Below are positions 18,205-26,172 of a DNA stretch of 64,000 nt, in pieces. The notes beneath the pieces are model-generated. The model was not told the origin of the DNA, did no database searches, and was given only the letters and a program-made list of their open reading frames with translations. This stretch comes from Acidimicrobiales bacterium (lineage in GTDB: Bacteria > Actinomycetota > Acidimicrobiia > Acidimicrobiales > JAUJNH01). The stretch covers positions 43,750 through 107,749 of the forward strand of contig JAUJNH010000003.1 of the NCBI GenBank assembly GCA_030448245.1. The letters are read 5' to 3'. The translations under genes and the position numbers were made by a program. Within the stretch, counting starts at the first letter, position 1. Each line of letters opens with the position of its first letter.

Positions 18205-18708
18205 CTACGACCCGCTGCGGCTCTGCGTCCGCACGACCGTCGCCCTCCTCACCTGGCTGGTCGACACCGGACGCCCCCTATCGAGGTCGAAGAAGCCCAT
18301 CCCCGTGGGCTCCGTCACGAACACCCGGTCGTCGCCAGCCATCGGGCGGATGCGCTCGACGATCGGGGAGCGGCCACCGGTGAAGGTCACCCAGACCCGG
18401 CCGTCAGGGTTGAGGGCCACGACATCGATCCCGAGGCTGGGCTCGTCACGGCGCAGCCGATCCAGCTGCACCGCCAGCTCGCGCTGATCCGCCAGGCTGA
18501 AGCCCACCTGCTCCACCTCGAGGACGATGCCCATGCGCTCCGCCTCCAGCTCGAGCTCCACCACCTCCTGGTCGTCGAGCGAGCTGACCCGCAGGTGGAC
18601 GCGCTGGTCCAGGTCCACCGAGGCGCTGCTGTACACGATCGGGCTCAGCCGACGACGAAGGTTGCTGAGGTGCTGGGCGAGGTCAGGCACCGGCCGGTCG
18701 TGGTCCAC
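18205..18708 (-). CDS. hypothetical protein
   Basis: 167-aa ORF with balanced, protein-like composition (VVELELEAERMGIVLEVEQVGFSLADQRELAVQL...VWVTFTGGRSPIVERI). No family recognised. Confidence 0.5.
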   Translation of the reverse strand: MDHDRPVPDLAQHLSNLRRRLSPIVYSSASVDLDQRVHLRVSSLDDQEVVELELEAERMGIVLEVEQVGFSLADQRELAVQLDRLRRDEPSLGIDVVALNPDGRVWVTFTGGRSPIVERIRPMAGDDRVFVTEPTGMGFFDLDRGRPVSTSQVRRATVVRTQSRSGS

Positions 18709-18738
18709 GCCGAGGAGGCTACGACCGCCGAGGGCCGC

Positions 18739-19845
18739 TCACCCAGCGGCCAGCTCGGTGTAGAGGGCGGCCAGGGCGGCCCCCATCTCCCGCACGTCGA
18801 AGCGGCGGACGTGCTCGCGGGCGGCGGCGCCCAGGGCACGCCGGCGGGTGTCCTCGGCCAACAGGTCGAGCACCACGGCGGCCATGGCCTGCTGGTCGTG
18901 CTCGGCGACGAGGTGACCGCTGACGCCATCGACCAGCACGTCACGGCTGCCCACGACGTCGGTGAGCACCGGCGGGGTGCCGGCCCGCATGGCCTCGAGG
19001 GCCGAGTAGGGGCAGCCCTCGAATCGCGAGGTGAGCACGAACACGTCGAGCTGACCGAGCGCGGCCCCGGCGTCGGGCAGGGTCGGGAGGTGGTGGAACC
19101 GTGCCGCCGCGCCCGGTGGCAACCGGGCCGGGTCGACGGCCGTCCGCAGCGGTCCGTCTCCCACCAGCACGGCGTGGGCGTCGGGGCGGCCCGACAGGAC
19201 GAGGCCGGCCAGCGCGGTGAACCGCTCCGGCGCCTTTTGGGCTACCAGGCGGGAGATGGTGCCGAACAGGGGGACGCCCGGGGCGAGGCCGAGGAGGGCC
19301 CTGAGGTCGGGGCTGGTGGGTGGAGGAGCCCAGCCGTCGACCTCGATGCCGTTGGGGATCGTGACGAGGCGGGCGGGGGGCACCAGCCGCAGGGCCGTGA
19401 GCTGGGCGGCCTCGCTGGCGGAGATGGCCACCAGCCGGTCGGTCATCCGGCCCAGGCCCCGTTCCACGGTGAGGGCGGCTCGGCCGGCGGCGATCCCGTG
19501 CGGGGTGTAGGCGCGAGGCCGCCCGGTCACCGTGCCGGCGACCCGGCCCAGCGCCCCCCCGACCGAGCTGTGCCCGTGGACCACCGCCGGCTGCGTCCTG
19601 CGCACCAGCCCCACCAGCCCGGCGAGCGCCGCCGCGTTCCTGGGCCGCAGCGGCGATCGCCGCATCTCGGTGACGTGCACGACGGCTCCGGCGGCGGCCA
19701 TGCGGCCTGCCGCAGCCCGATCGGTCAGGCCGCCGACCCGCTGCGACGGGATGGCGACGTGGTGCTCGACCCCCTCGACGTGGCGGACCACGTCGACCAG
19801 GTGGCGGGCCGTCCCCCCCTCGAGAGCCTCCAGAACGTGCAGCAC
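18739..19845 (-). CDS. glycosyltransferase family 4 (GT-B)
   Basis: VLHVLEALEGGTARHL at the N-terminus and SRFEGCPYSALEAMRAGTPPVLTDVVGSRD (EX7E region). Start set at GTG 19845. The ORF upstream of that is Arg/Pro-rich and overlaps the divergent gene. Confidence 0.8.
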   Translation of the reverse strand: MLHVLEALEGGTARHLVDVVRHVEGVEHHVAIPSQRVGGLTDRAAAGRMAAAGAVVHVTEMRRSPLRPRNAAALAGLVGLVRRTQPAVVHGHSSVGGALGRVAGTVTGRPRAYTPHGIAAGRAALTVERGLGRMTDRLVAISASEAAQLTALRLVPPARLVTIPNGIEVDGWAPPPTSPDLRALLGLAPGVPLFGTISRLVAQKAPERFTALAGLVLSGRPDAHAVLVGDGPLRTAVDPARLPPGAAARFHHLPTLPDAGAALGQLDVFVLTSRFEGCPYSALEAMRAGTPPVLTDVVGSRDVLVDGVSGHLVAEHDQQAMAAVVLDLLAEDTRRRALGAAAREHVRRFDVREMGAALAALYTELAAG

Positions 19846-19931
19846 CCGGACGTCGCGCCCGACCGCGGTGAGCCCCTGCACCAGGCCGGGCAACCTAGCC
19901 CTGACGTGGAGGGCGTCCCCTATCCTTCCCG

Positions 19932-20594
19932 GTGATGGCGCAGGGGGTGGACGACGGCGACGACCTGGCCGTGAGCCTGTCCTGGCCGGGCGGCCCGGCA
20001 CCTCGGCCCCCGGCGCCCCCCCGTCCGGCTCCCCCCAACAACCGCGAGCCGGTGCCCTCCGATCGGGCCGCTCCTCCCCCGGCGCCGCGGATTGACCCCC
20101 CCGGCCCGAACCCGGCGCCCGCCCCCGGGATCACGCCGAGGCCTCCCCCGGCCCCTCGCGTCGGCACCGAGCCCAGGCCACGCCCGCCGGTCGAGGGCCG
20201 CTCGACGGCGTTGCCGCGGCCTGCCGCGCCGGCTCGCCGCTCGGTTCCCCGGGGCCCCGGCACCACCAACGGCCCCCTGGCCAACGACACGCTGCTCAGC
20301 ATGCTCGACCACCTGACGACGCTCTCCCAGCTCGTCACCGGCACGAGCAGGGCGACCTCGGCCGAGCTGGCTGCCCTCGGCGGCCAGGTCGAGAAGGCCG
20401 TCGCCGATCTCGACGCCCTCCAGCTGCGCGTGGTCCGGAGCCTGGCCGGGTTCGACGGCCTGCGGTTGCGCATCCAGAAGGAGCTGGCCGACCGCCCCCC
20501 GCTCACCGACGACGACATCGATCGCATCGCCGACGGCGTCACCCAGCGCCTCCTCAACCACGTCCGGGTGGAGACCGAGGAAGGCCTGCGGTGA
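19932..20594 (+). CDS. hypothetical protein, Pro-rich N-terminal half and helical C-terminal half
   Basis: The C-terminal 100 aa look genuine: DTLLSMLDHLTTLSQLVTGTSRATSAELAALGGQVEKAVADLDALQLRVVRSLAGF...IDRIADGVTQRLLNHV. The N-terminus is a PxP low-complexity region. Confidence 0.45.
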   Translation: MMAQGVDDGDDLAVSLSWPGGPAPRPPAPPRPAPPNNREPVPSDRAAPPPAPRIDPPGPNPAPAPGITPRPPPAPRVGTEPRPRPPVEGRSTALPRPAAPARRSVPRGPGTTNGPLANDTLLSMLDHLTTLSQLVTGTSRATSAELAALGGQVEKAVADLDALQLRVVRSLAGFDGLRLRIQKELADRPPLTDDDIDRIADGVTQRLLNHVRVETEEGLR

Positions 20595-20842
20595 ACCTCC
20601 GGCCTCCGAGCGATCGGGGTCGGGGCTGATCGGACCCGAGTCACCGGTGGCGGCTACCTTCCGGCGCTGCCTGCGTAAAGGTTGGCGCTCCACCTTGAGT
20701 TCTTCGGCACCGCTTCTGCCGACGGGTGAAGCGTCGCCGACCGCCGGGTCAGGGGGACGACAACGCGCGCCTCGCGTCCGGATCATGGCTGGCGTGCCGT
20801 TGAGCGATGAGGACCTCGAGCGGCTGTGACGATCGGTCCTCT

Positions 20843-21724
20843 TCACGGCCCACGCTGGCGCAGCACCTCCGCTCCCACGTCCCTGCGACTTCGCTCCTCG
20901 CGTCGGTGCAGCCGCAAGCATGCGTCAGCGTCTGGTCGGCCGCCGTCGTGTGGAGCCGTAGTCCCGCGGAGTGCTGTGCGGCCCGCCGGACGGGCAACCA
21001 CCACTCCCGAACCCGGCCGCCTCGACGACCATGCAGATCCCAGCGTGACGTGGCCCGGAGGACCGCCTCGCCGATACTGGTGCCGATGACAAGTGAGAGA
21101 GCGGCCGCCAGGACCAGCACCAGGAAGGAACCGGCGCATCTCCACCGACCGCTTGCACTGCCGGACGAGGGCGGCGGAGCGGTCCTCCACGGCGTCGTCG
21201 AGACAGACCTGGTCCCGCGCCGCGATGCACCCCAGCAGCCTGTCGAGGCCCTCGAAGAACTCCACCGTCTCCGGGTGAGCTCGGGGGCTGCGGGCCGCCT
21301 CGGCCATCGCCGCAGCGGCGGCCACCGCCCCCTTCGTGTCGCCTCGTACCAGCCGAGCGAGACCGTCCAGGTACTGCCGGGCCACCGGCGCGTCCTCGGC
21401 GAAGCCCCCCTCGGGCACCCTCGCTGCCACCCGCTCGGCCAAAGCCCGGTCCCCGGCCACCAGCGCCGCCACCAGCCACGAGTCGGCCCGGCCACTGTCG
21501 AGCTCCTGGCCCCGGTCGAGGGCTTCTCCCGCCCACCCCGCCCCCTCGGCCAGCCACTGCCTCAAGACCTCCACCGACTCGCCCAGCGCCCACCCGTACT
21601 GCACGGCCTCCACCGCCCTGCTGACCGCGACGTCGAAGACGTGCAGCCTGCCCTGGCGCCCCGACCGCTCCACCGTCAGGCGAACCAGCTCGATCCCCTC
21701 CTTCTCGAAGTCGTAGTAGCTCAT
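20843..21724 (-). CDS. helical module of unknown function (candidate toxin C-terminal module or immunity protein); 3' end unreliable
   Basis: From ATG 21724: MSYYDFEKEGIELVRLTVERSGRQGRLHVFDVAVSRAVEAVQYGWALGESVEVLRQWL...ALVRQCKRSVEMRR is protein-like for about 200 aa. It then degenerates near 21130, where another frame carries a TM-like FLVLVLAAALSLVIGTSIG. It is in the same frame as the Hint C-terminal piece, with no stop between them. Confidence 0.4.
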   Translation of the reverse strand: MSYYDFEKEGIELVRLTVERSGRQGRLHVFDVAVSRAVEAVQYGWALGESVEVLRQWLAEGAGWAGEALDRGQELDSGRADSWLVAALVAGDRALAERVAARVPEGGFAEDAPVARQYLDGLARLVRGDTKGAVAAAAAMAEAARSPRAHPETVEFFEGLDRLLGCIAARDQVCLDDAVEDRSAALVRQCKRSVEMRRFLPGAGPGGRSLTCHRHQYRRGGPPGHVTLGSAWSSRRPGSGVVVARPAGRTALRGTTAPHDGGRPDADACLRLHRREERSRRDVGAEVLRQRGP

Positions 21725-21785
21725 CTTCCGCCAGCCGCCGCCCCCTGTCCCGCCGTCCTCTTGAGGAGAGAAGAACCGTGCGCCG

Positions 21786-23047
21786 CTACGACCACAAGCC
21801 GGACGAGGCCTGGATGTGTCGACCAGCACCTGTCCCGTCGGGGTGACCAGCCGTTCCCCCGGGGTGAGCTGTTCGGCTTCTCGGAAGGTGCGGGAGGAGG
21901 AGCACCTGTCCCCAGAACCGGTGGTGGTCAGTGGCCGACACCGTGGACCCATCGGCCAGGCGGAGGGTCGGCCAGGCGGAGGGTGGCCATCTCGTCGGTG
22001 CCGAGGTAGGACCACTGCGCCAGCACGGCCCGAGGCGCCCACGAACCGCGTCGGCGTCAAAGGCGAGCACCACGTCACCGGGGCGGACCTGCTCGACGGC
22101 CCGGCGGGCCCCGTCGGCCAGCAGCACCTCGGTCCCGGTGGGGAACGACGACGTTGCCATGCACGTGCCCGGTCCGGCATCGGTGTCGACCTCCTCGCCG
22201 CCGTCGGCGTCGGGGTCTGAGCCGTCACCGCTGTTGCCGTCGTTGTTGCGGCGGCAATCGGACTCCTTCTCCGGCTGAGAAGACTCCGGCAGCGGCAACG
22301 GCGCCAGTTCCGGCTCCGGCCCCCGCAACCCGTCGGTCAGATACGCCTGCACCTCCCCCACGACCAACTCATGCCGGGCCGCCTCCCCCGCTCCAACACC
22401 GTGCCCGCCCCACCGAGGGCCGAGGACCACACCACCTCGTACTCCAACCACACCTGCAACACCAACGGCGGCTTGCCCGCCGTCGTCCGCTCGAACCCCC
22501 GGCCGCACCGCGCCGGACCCGCCGCCCCCGGCGACCACTGCACACCGGGCCCCTCACATACCGTCACCACACCATCGGAGAACTCCCACCGCACCCGCCG
22601 AGGCGTCGCCCCAGCCGACACCTCCACCTCCCCCACACGAGAGGAGGCCGTGAACGCCTGCCACACCCTCGGGTCGGGGTCCACCGCCAACCACATCTCC
22701 AACCCCACCACCTGCACCCCATCCACCCGCGGCGACGTCCGCGCCCCTGGCCGGAAGTACTCCCCCCGCAGCTCACTCAACGACCGGTCCAACGCCGAAC
22801 GCTCCCACCCCGCCGCCTCCGGCCTCAGCTCCTCCACTGCACCGCCCACAGCCCGCAGCCGGCGGTCATCGGTGGCCGGATCCCCGTCATCCACCACCTC
22901 CACACACACCGGCACCCGCCACCGATGCGCCGCCCGCGCCGGCACCAACACCACCCGCGCCCGCATTGCCAAATCCCGGGCCGCCCCATCAGCCCCGCCC
23001 GACAGCACCTCCTCAACCACCCCACCCGCAACCCCGTCCATCGGCAT
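21786..23047 (-). pseudogene. polymorphic-toxin-type protein with pre-toxin Hint domain, disrupted by several frame breaks
   Basis: N-terminal MPMDGVAGGVVEEVL...PLVLQVWLEYEVVWSSALGGAGTVLERG, then a break at the C5 run 22375-22379, then EAARHELVVGEVQAYLTDG...TCMATSSFPTGTEVLLADGARRAVEQVRPGDVVLAFDADA. A break near 22045 leads to RAVLAQWSYLGTDEMATLRLAD, followed by the 16-bp duplication, then GSTVSATDHHRFW. A break near 21900 leads to TFREAEQLTPGERLVTPTGQVLV. Confidence 0.6.
21953..21984. repeat. perfect 16-bp tandem duplication (CGGCCAGGCGGAGGGT x2) inside the Hint domain
   Basis: Read directly from the sequence: 21953-21968 and 21969-21984 are identical. 16 is not a multiple of 3. Removing one copy joins ...DEMATLRLAD to GSTVSATDHHRFW in frame. 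Confidence 0.95.
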
Positions 23048-23622
23048 CACACGCCGAGCCCACCTCCGCCCCCACCGCAGCCCCCGCCGGCAGCAACCCA
23101 AACAACGGCGCCAGCACCACCACCGCCACCCAAACGGCGCATTGGCAAACCCGGTCGTCTCAGCACGACGCCCGCAGCTCCCCGGACGCGGCCACCCCGC
23201 CGCCAACCGCGACCGACCAGCGGTCACGTCGCCCCAGACCCCGCCGGTCAGCTACCGGTCGAACGCTAGGTCCTCTCCACCTCGCTCGCTGCTGCCGGAA
23301 CCGCTTCTCGACCACCTCTGGCCTCCCCGACCCAGTGTCACAATGCGTGTGGTGCAGATCAGCATCCAAAGGCATGACACCAAACGTGCGGTACACCCTT
23401 CACAGGCGGCGTTCGGGCCGCTTCTGACAGGCTCAGCGAGCCAGCCCCGAACCGGAGGTTCGTGATGGACGTGAGGCGCACGGTGGAAACACCAACCGAC
23501 CCCGCCGCGCCCACCCCCAAGCCCCCACCCGACCCACCACCCCACACCCCGCCCCATGGGGATCCCCGCTCCTCGAAGTCGAACGCGCCGTCCAAGAACG
23601 AGCCAAAACCCTCGCCCTCGAC

Positions 23623-23859
23623 ATGGGCCGCCCCGACGGACGCGCCGCCATGCCCTCACTCCTCGACGACGAGATCCGCCGCTGGTCCGACGAGGCCAAA
23701 CGCGGCATCCGCACCCACGACCTCGCCGACCCCGCCGGCCTCACCGAGAGAGCCTGGCGCAACCTCGCCGGCTACGGCCCACTCGAACCCCTCCTCGCCG
23801 ACCCCGACGTGTGGGAGATCATGATCAACGTCCCCGACCAGGCGTTGGCTCACCCATGA
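23623..23859 (+). pseudogene. N-terminal stub of a CpaF/TadA/VirB11-type secretion ATPase
   Basis: 78 aa. LTERAWRNLAGYGPLEPLLADPDVWEIMINVPDQ matches the conserved N-terminal segment (GLGPLEPLL.DP.VTEIMVNGP) of this family. The ORF stops immediately after it, and no Walker motifs follow in any frame. Confidence 0.55.
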
Positions 23860-24142
23860 GATCAGCGTGCGAGCCGAGCTGCCCGGATGCAGGGCGACCG
23901 AAGCTGCCGCCTACCGATTTGCCACGTCGTGCTCGACCCCGTGACGGGCTCGACGTACGAGCAGCGGTAGGGGCCCGGCGCCTTGTAGCTCGTCACGGCC
24001 AAGGGAGAGCCTACCGCAGGCCCGCCGCCGCATCCGCGGCCGGTTGCCGCGTCGGGCTCTGACTCCCTGGAGGACCTCCTCGGCCGTTCCGCGTCGACGA
24101 CGCATAGTGATCAGGGAGCTGCGGCTGACCGGTGATCCTCGG

Positions 24143-24529
24143 TTAGCGAGGCAGTGAACCGGCCAGCAAGGTAGCCAAAGAAGAGATGTCAGCCACCTTG
24201 TGCATGTTGTCGAGCGTCGGCTCGTCGCCCTCTTCCGCCTCATAGTCGTGATCTCAGAAATAGACCTTGCCTCGATCCGGGCCGGTCAAGCCAAGACAGT
24301 AGAGGTTCCCTGCCTGATCATCCGCGATGGGGATGAAGCCGGTCGGCACGCGGCCGGTGTACGTCTTCATCACATCGCGGAGCTTCCGGGAGGAGCCGTC
24401 CGGGTCAGCGACCGAGAACACCTCTCGGACCCCGCCGAACTCGCTCTCCGTGACACTGTTGAACTGGGTCAGCCTCGTACCATCACCTTCGCGCAGGAAG
24501 TCGCCGTACCCTTCGGGTAGCGAACCCAC
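24143..24529 (-). pseudogene. SUKH-1 / SMI1-KNR4-like (polymorphic-toxin immunity type) gene with an in-frame TGA
   Basis: LPEGYGDFLREGDG...FIPIADDQAGNLYCLGLTGPDRGKVYF-TGA-DHDYEAEEGDEPTLDNMHKVADISSLATLLAGSLPR-TAA. The TGA at 24254-24256 sits where this family has the Trp of VYFWDHD. The match extends upstream (IERSVLADLESAVGSLPEGY) with no canonical start codon. Confidence 0.6.
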
Positions 24530-25134
24530 AGCGCTCTCCAGGTCGGCGAGAACGCTACGCTCTATAGGTCGCCCGCGGGTCTGGTAGATCGACGGGTCAG
24601 CCAGCAGGGGCGTTTCCCTGGTACGTCCGCCGCGGCGAAGTCTCGAACCACAGCAGCACCTCCTGTGTGCGGACCGCTTCGGGGATCTCCGTCGGGCTTT
24701 GAGCGGCGGGCCGGCCGGTCCTTGCCGGCTGGGTGGTTTAGCCGAAGCGGGACGGTTCTACGCACAGCTTGGACCCGTCTCAGCGCGGGCTTCCTGAACG
24801 TGGGCGGGCGGCTGGGCTGTGCCGTCGGGTGGCCGGGTAGCGCTCTGCAGGTGTTCGGGGCTGACGGTGCCATGTCGACAGGTGACAGGTTCTTGCTGGG
24901 CTGGCCGCCCTCGCTGCGCTCATGGCCGTGGTAACCGCCACGCAGGGTCGGTGGCTTGCCGGCGCCGTCTTCACTCTGAACGCCGTCAGCTTTCTGGTCG
25001 TGCTGATGCAGCGACGCCAACGTAGGTATTGTTAGCGCTGATCTGTAGCGGACCATCCCCATGGAGTACACCCTCCGCACAAGCGCCGGCCACGTCCCCA
25101 CCGTCGTCCCCCTCCCCGGCGCAGGCCCGGGACG

Positions 25135-26172
25135 GTGAACATCCACGTGGCGCCGCCCCGGTTGCTCCCGATGCTCGCTGGCGGCAACGGCATCCCACCT
25201 GACCCCGACGCTCACCAGCTAGAGCCGAAACTTGATGGGCAAAGGATCGTCGCCCTGGTCGAGCCGTCGGGGGTCGTGCTCACCAACCGGCGGGGCGGCG
25301 AGATCACCGGCACCTACCCCGAGCTCGCCGGGTTGGCTCCGGCGCTGGCTCACCACGCCGCGGTGCTCGACGGTGAGGTCGTCGCCTTCAACGAGAAGGG
25401 CCAGACGAGCTTCCAGCGCCTCCAACGGAGGATGCACGTCCTGCGGCCTCCTCCCGCCCTCCTGATCGAAACGCCCGTGTCGTTCGTCGCCTTCGACGTG
25501 CTCTGGCTCGACGGCCAGCTCCTCATCGACCGACCGCAGACCGAGCGGCGCCGGGTCCTCGACAGCCTGAGCATCAAAGGCCCGGCCTGGCAGACCGCTC
25601 CGGTCCTCGACGCCACCCCAGATGAGCTGCTCGACGCCTGCCGCAACCTCGGCCTCGAGGGCTTCATGGCCAAGCGGCTCGACGCCCCCTACCAACCCGG
25701 CCGACGGTCAACGGCATGGTCGAAGATCAAGTGCGGCCGGCGCCGCGAGTTCGTCGTGGGCGGCTGGTCGACCGGTCACGGCAGCCGCCAGGACAGCATC
25801 GGCTCCCTGGCGCTCGGCTGCTACGACGCGGCGGCCGAGGAGGCGGAACGGCGGGGCCGGCCCCAGCAGCTGTTCTACGTCGGCCAAGCGGGCTCAGGGT
25901 TGAACGAGGAGACGATCGGCCAGCTCAAACGCCTCTTCGCCCAGATCGCCATCCCGACCTCGCCGTTCATCAACCCGCCCAAGGCCGGGCTCCACCACGC
26001 CCAGCCGATCCTGGTGACCGAGGTGGCCTACACCGAGGTCACCGAGAGCGGCACGCTCCGCCAGCCCTCGATCAAGGGACTCCGCACCGACGTCATCGCC
26101 ACCGAGGTCACCTGGGACGAGGAGATCGCCGCCTGCTTCCCCGATCAGCTGCGGGGACGCGGAGGTGGCTGA
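25135..26172 (+). CDS. ligD: ATP-dependent DNA ligase, LigD ligase-domain type (stand-alone)
   Basis: PRLLPMLA..., motif I EPKLDGQR, motif III FDVLWLDG, motif IV EGFMAKR, motif V WSKIK. 345 aa. Confidence 0.85.
   Translation: MNIHVAPPRLLPMLAGGNGIPPDPDAHQLEPKLDGQRIVALVEPSGVVLTNRRGGEITGTYPELAGLAPALAHHAAVLDGEVVAFNEKGQTSFQRLQRRMHVLRPPPALLIETPVSFVAFDVLWLDGQLLIDRPQTERRRVLDSLSIKGPAWQTAPVLDATPDELLDACRNLGLEGFMAKRLDAPYQPGRRSTAWSKIKCGRRREFVVGGWSTGHGSRQDSIGSLALGCYDAAAEEAERRGRPQQLFYVGQAGSGLNEETIGQLKRLFAQIAIPTSPFINPPKAGLHHAQPILVTEVAYTEVTESGTLRQPSIKGLRTDVIATEVTWDEEIAACFPDQLRGRGGG

Noticed and set aside
21786-22200. Whether the Hint domain is a true intein inside a host gene
   Set aside because: The flanks do not look like a split housekeeping extein. 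The SF-x-GT...ATDHHRFW pattern and the neighbouring SUKH-type gene fit the pre-toxin Hint class better. No homing-endonuclease insert is visible.
23050-23170. Possible TadE/TadG-like N-terminal hydrophobic segment (AVWVAVVVLAPLFGLLPAGAAVGAEVGSA) in a third frame just upstream of the toxin-like ORF
   Set aside because: It is only about 30 residues long, in a different frame from the downstream protein-like sequence, and hydrophobic Ala/Val/Leu runs arise easily in GC-rich DNA. That is too weak to call, though a pilin-like leader on the decayed protein cannot be excluded.
22154-23269. 371-aa forward ORF rich in Pro, His, Arg and Thr across the C-rich segment
   Set aside because: This low-complexity translation is a direct consequence of the C-rich strand. 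The reverse strand gives domain-like sequence that leads into a recognisable Hint domain.
22250-23860. Explaining the strand bias by G-to-A (cytosine deamination) damage alone
   Set aside because: Deamination would lower G and raise A on the + strand but would leave C near background. In my counts C itself is raised to about 45-48%, so the asymmetry cannot be deamination alone.
24254-24256. TGA read as Trp or selenocysteine rather than stop in the SUKH-like gene
   Set aside because: TGA ends many well-supported genes here at positions that match homologue lengths, for example hemE at 13732-13734 and the GTGA-coupled pairs. I saw no SECIS-like hairpin. A nonsense mutation is the simpler reading.
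24922-25035. Small hydrophobic ORF (MAVVTATQGRWLAGAVFTLNAVSFLVVLMQRRQRRYC; the hydrophobic run extends to 24886) in the otherwise ORF-poor gap before ligD
   Set aside because: It is two-TM-like with moderate GC3. However, it is only 37 codons from the ATG, has no recognisable ribosome-binding site or family, and lies in a decayed region. That is not enough to call a gene.
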